Positions 55,651 through 56,470 of a stretch of 56,470 nt of DNA are shown one piece after another. Origin of the DNA: Verrucomicrobiota bacterium. GTDB taxonomy: Bacteria; Verrucomicrobiota; Verrucomicrobiia; Opitutales; Coraliomargaritaceae. Position 1 is the first letter of the stretch. Each line of letters begins with the position of its first letter. The notes under the pieces are model-generated. The model had not been told where the DNA came from. It saw nothing but the letters and a program-made list of their open reading frames with translations, and searched no databases. Location of the stretch: assembly GCA_038748895.1 (NCBI GenBank), contig JBCDIN010000001.1:1-56470 (forward strand). The letters are read 5' to 3'. The translations under genes were made by a program, and so were the position numbers.

Positions 55651-56292
55651 CTATTGCTGAGGCACAAACTGGACTTGATCTCCCGGCTTTAGCCTAAAAA
55701 TCTTTCCTGTATCTATTTTAGCGCCTTTGCACCGATCCGCCTGAAAGAATTTTAAGTTTGTCCGCCCCAGCAGATTCCAGCCACCAGGACTAGCTACAGT
55801 GTAGATCCCGGCATGTGGGCCACCAATCGCTACAGTTCCCGGCTCGATCCGATTTCGGGGAGTATTACGACGGTCGATTTGGAGGCGCGGGTCTAAACCC
55901 TCTAGATATGGAAATCCCGGGGTAAAGCCGATCATTCGAACTGAATATTTACCTTCAGAGTGTATCTTGATCACTTCCTCGACAGATCGACCAGTCGCTT
56001 CAGCTACAAACCCTAAATCCGGCCCGTCATAAACGACCGGCACCTTATGCAATTTGGAATTCTTCGCTTTTCCTCGCTTTCCAAAATCAGCTTTCGAGAG
56101 CCATCCTTCCAGTATCGTCTTTGCAACTGGCTGCGCAAAGATCAGTAGAATGCTGGAGTGTCCTAGCACGTATTCCTCAAAATGAAGAGGCGGCTCCTTG
56201 GCCAGCGCAGCTCCAATCGAAAAACGATCTGCATCCTCGACCCCACGCAGGAGCCAAGCTCTCTTTCCATACGCCATTAACTCGCCTCGCAT
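55651..56292 (-). CDS. pxpB: 5-oxoprolinase subunit B (KipI / allophanate hydrolase subunit 1 family)
   Basis: YSVRMIGFTPGFPYLEGLDPRL...PRNRIEPGTVAIGGPHAGIYTVASPGGWNLLGRT. Confidence 0.9.
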   Translation of the reverse strand: MRGELMAYGKRAWLLRGVEDADRFSIGAALAKEPPLHFEEYVLGHSSILLIFAQPVAKTILEGWLSKADFGKRGKAKNSKLHKVPVVYDGPDLGFVAEATGRSVEEVIKIHSEGKYSVRMIGFTPGFPYLEGLDPRLQIDRRNTPRNRIEPGTVAIGGPHAGIYTVASPGGWNLLGRTNLKFFQADRCKGAKIDTGKIFRLKPGDQVQFVPQQ

Positions 56293-56470
56293 GCTTGTAA
56301 TCTATGGAGAATCTGCACCCAGAGACAAGAGCTCGATCTAGGTAAAGACCCGGTTTCTGAACCCTTTGATGCTGGTAAGGTCGCCCCAATTGGAGCCTTT
56401 AAGGGGATTGGCTTTGGGCGGGAATTTACGTTGCTTTTCCCGCTGCCAGAGGCCGGTGAATCCCAGGACA

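Noticed and set aside
56338-56470. Minus-strand frame open to the right window edge (…GFTGLWQREKQRKFPPKANPLKGSNWGDLTSIKGFRNRVFT*). Short open frames also occur at the left edge (1-165).
   Set aside because: They are too short (about 45-55 codons) and carry no motif, so I cannot decide whether they are gene ends. They are not reported as features.

Overview
This is a 56.5-kb chromosomal segment with a Verrucomicrobiota/PVC-like gene repertoire: PEP-CTERM proteins, a DUF1800/DUF1501 pair, acidic D-x-D-G-D-G-L-P-D-W motifs and a Chlamydia-type ytgABCD-like operon. The taxonomic guess is inference only. All calls come from reading the ORF translations and the DNA by eye; no database search or computed statistic was possible.

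Layout:
- 1-9.1 kb: an accessory-looking, decaying region. It holds a PIN-like DUF5615 remnant, one intact and one disrupted PEP-CTERM gene, a 1324-aa secreted repeat protein divergent from an AraC regulator, and a decayed ParE-type TA pair.
- 9.1-16.3 kb: a giant multi-domain DUF1800 protein plus a Tat-exported DUF1501 partner.
- 16.4-18.4 kb: a GspG-like gene, a vapBC cassette, and a decayed 3' copy of the GspG-like gene.
- 18.6-34.2 kb: an ECF-sigma/ZAS-linked fatty-acid-modification locus in two halves. The first half has CMAS methyltransferase, FAD oxidoreductase and DUF1365. The second has desaturase, DUF1295 and Cfa. The insert between them carries GDH, DoxX, DinB, an NRDE gene and an unusual alpha/beta-hydrolase + DedA/VTT + ATP-grasp fusion.
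- 34.3-42.5 kb: rho, a DUF318 permease, an AT-rich orphan gene, and a metal ABC operon whose permease is fused to a DtxR-type repressor. A GNAT gene and an inverted-repeat-bounded GxxExxY cassette interrupt this operon.
- 42.6-45.2 kb: a translationally coupled cluster of a TPR protein, a disordered protein and a secreted protein.
- 45.3-56.3 kb: housekeeping genes carB, purU, eno, sufE, menD and pxpBCA.

Best candidates for something undescribed:
- the NRDE plus hydrolase-VTT-ATP-grasp pair (26077-29399);
- the split sigma-linked lipid-modification locus;
- the decorated DUF1800/DUF1501 pair;
- the GxxExxY cassette.

No rRNA, tRNA, CRISPR array or intact transposase was recognised.
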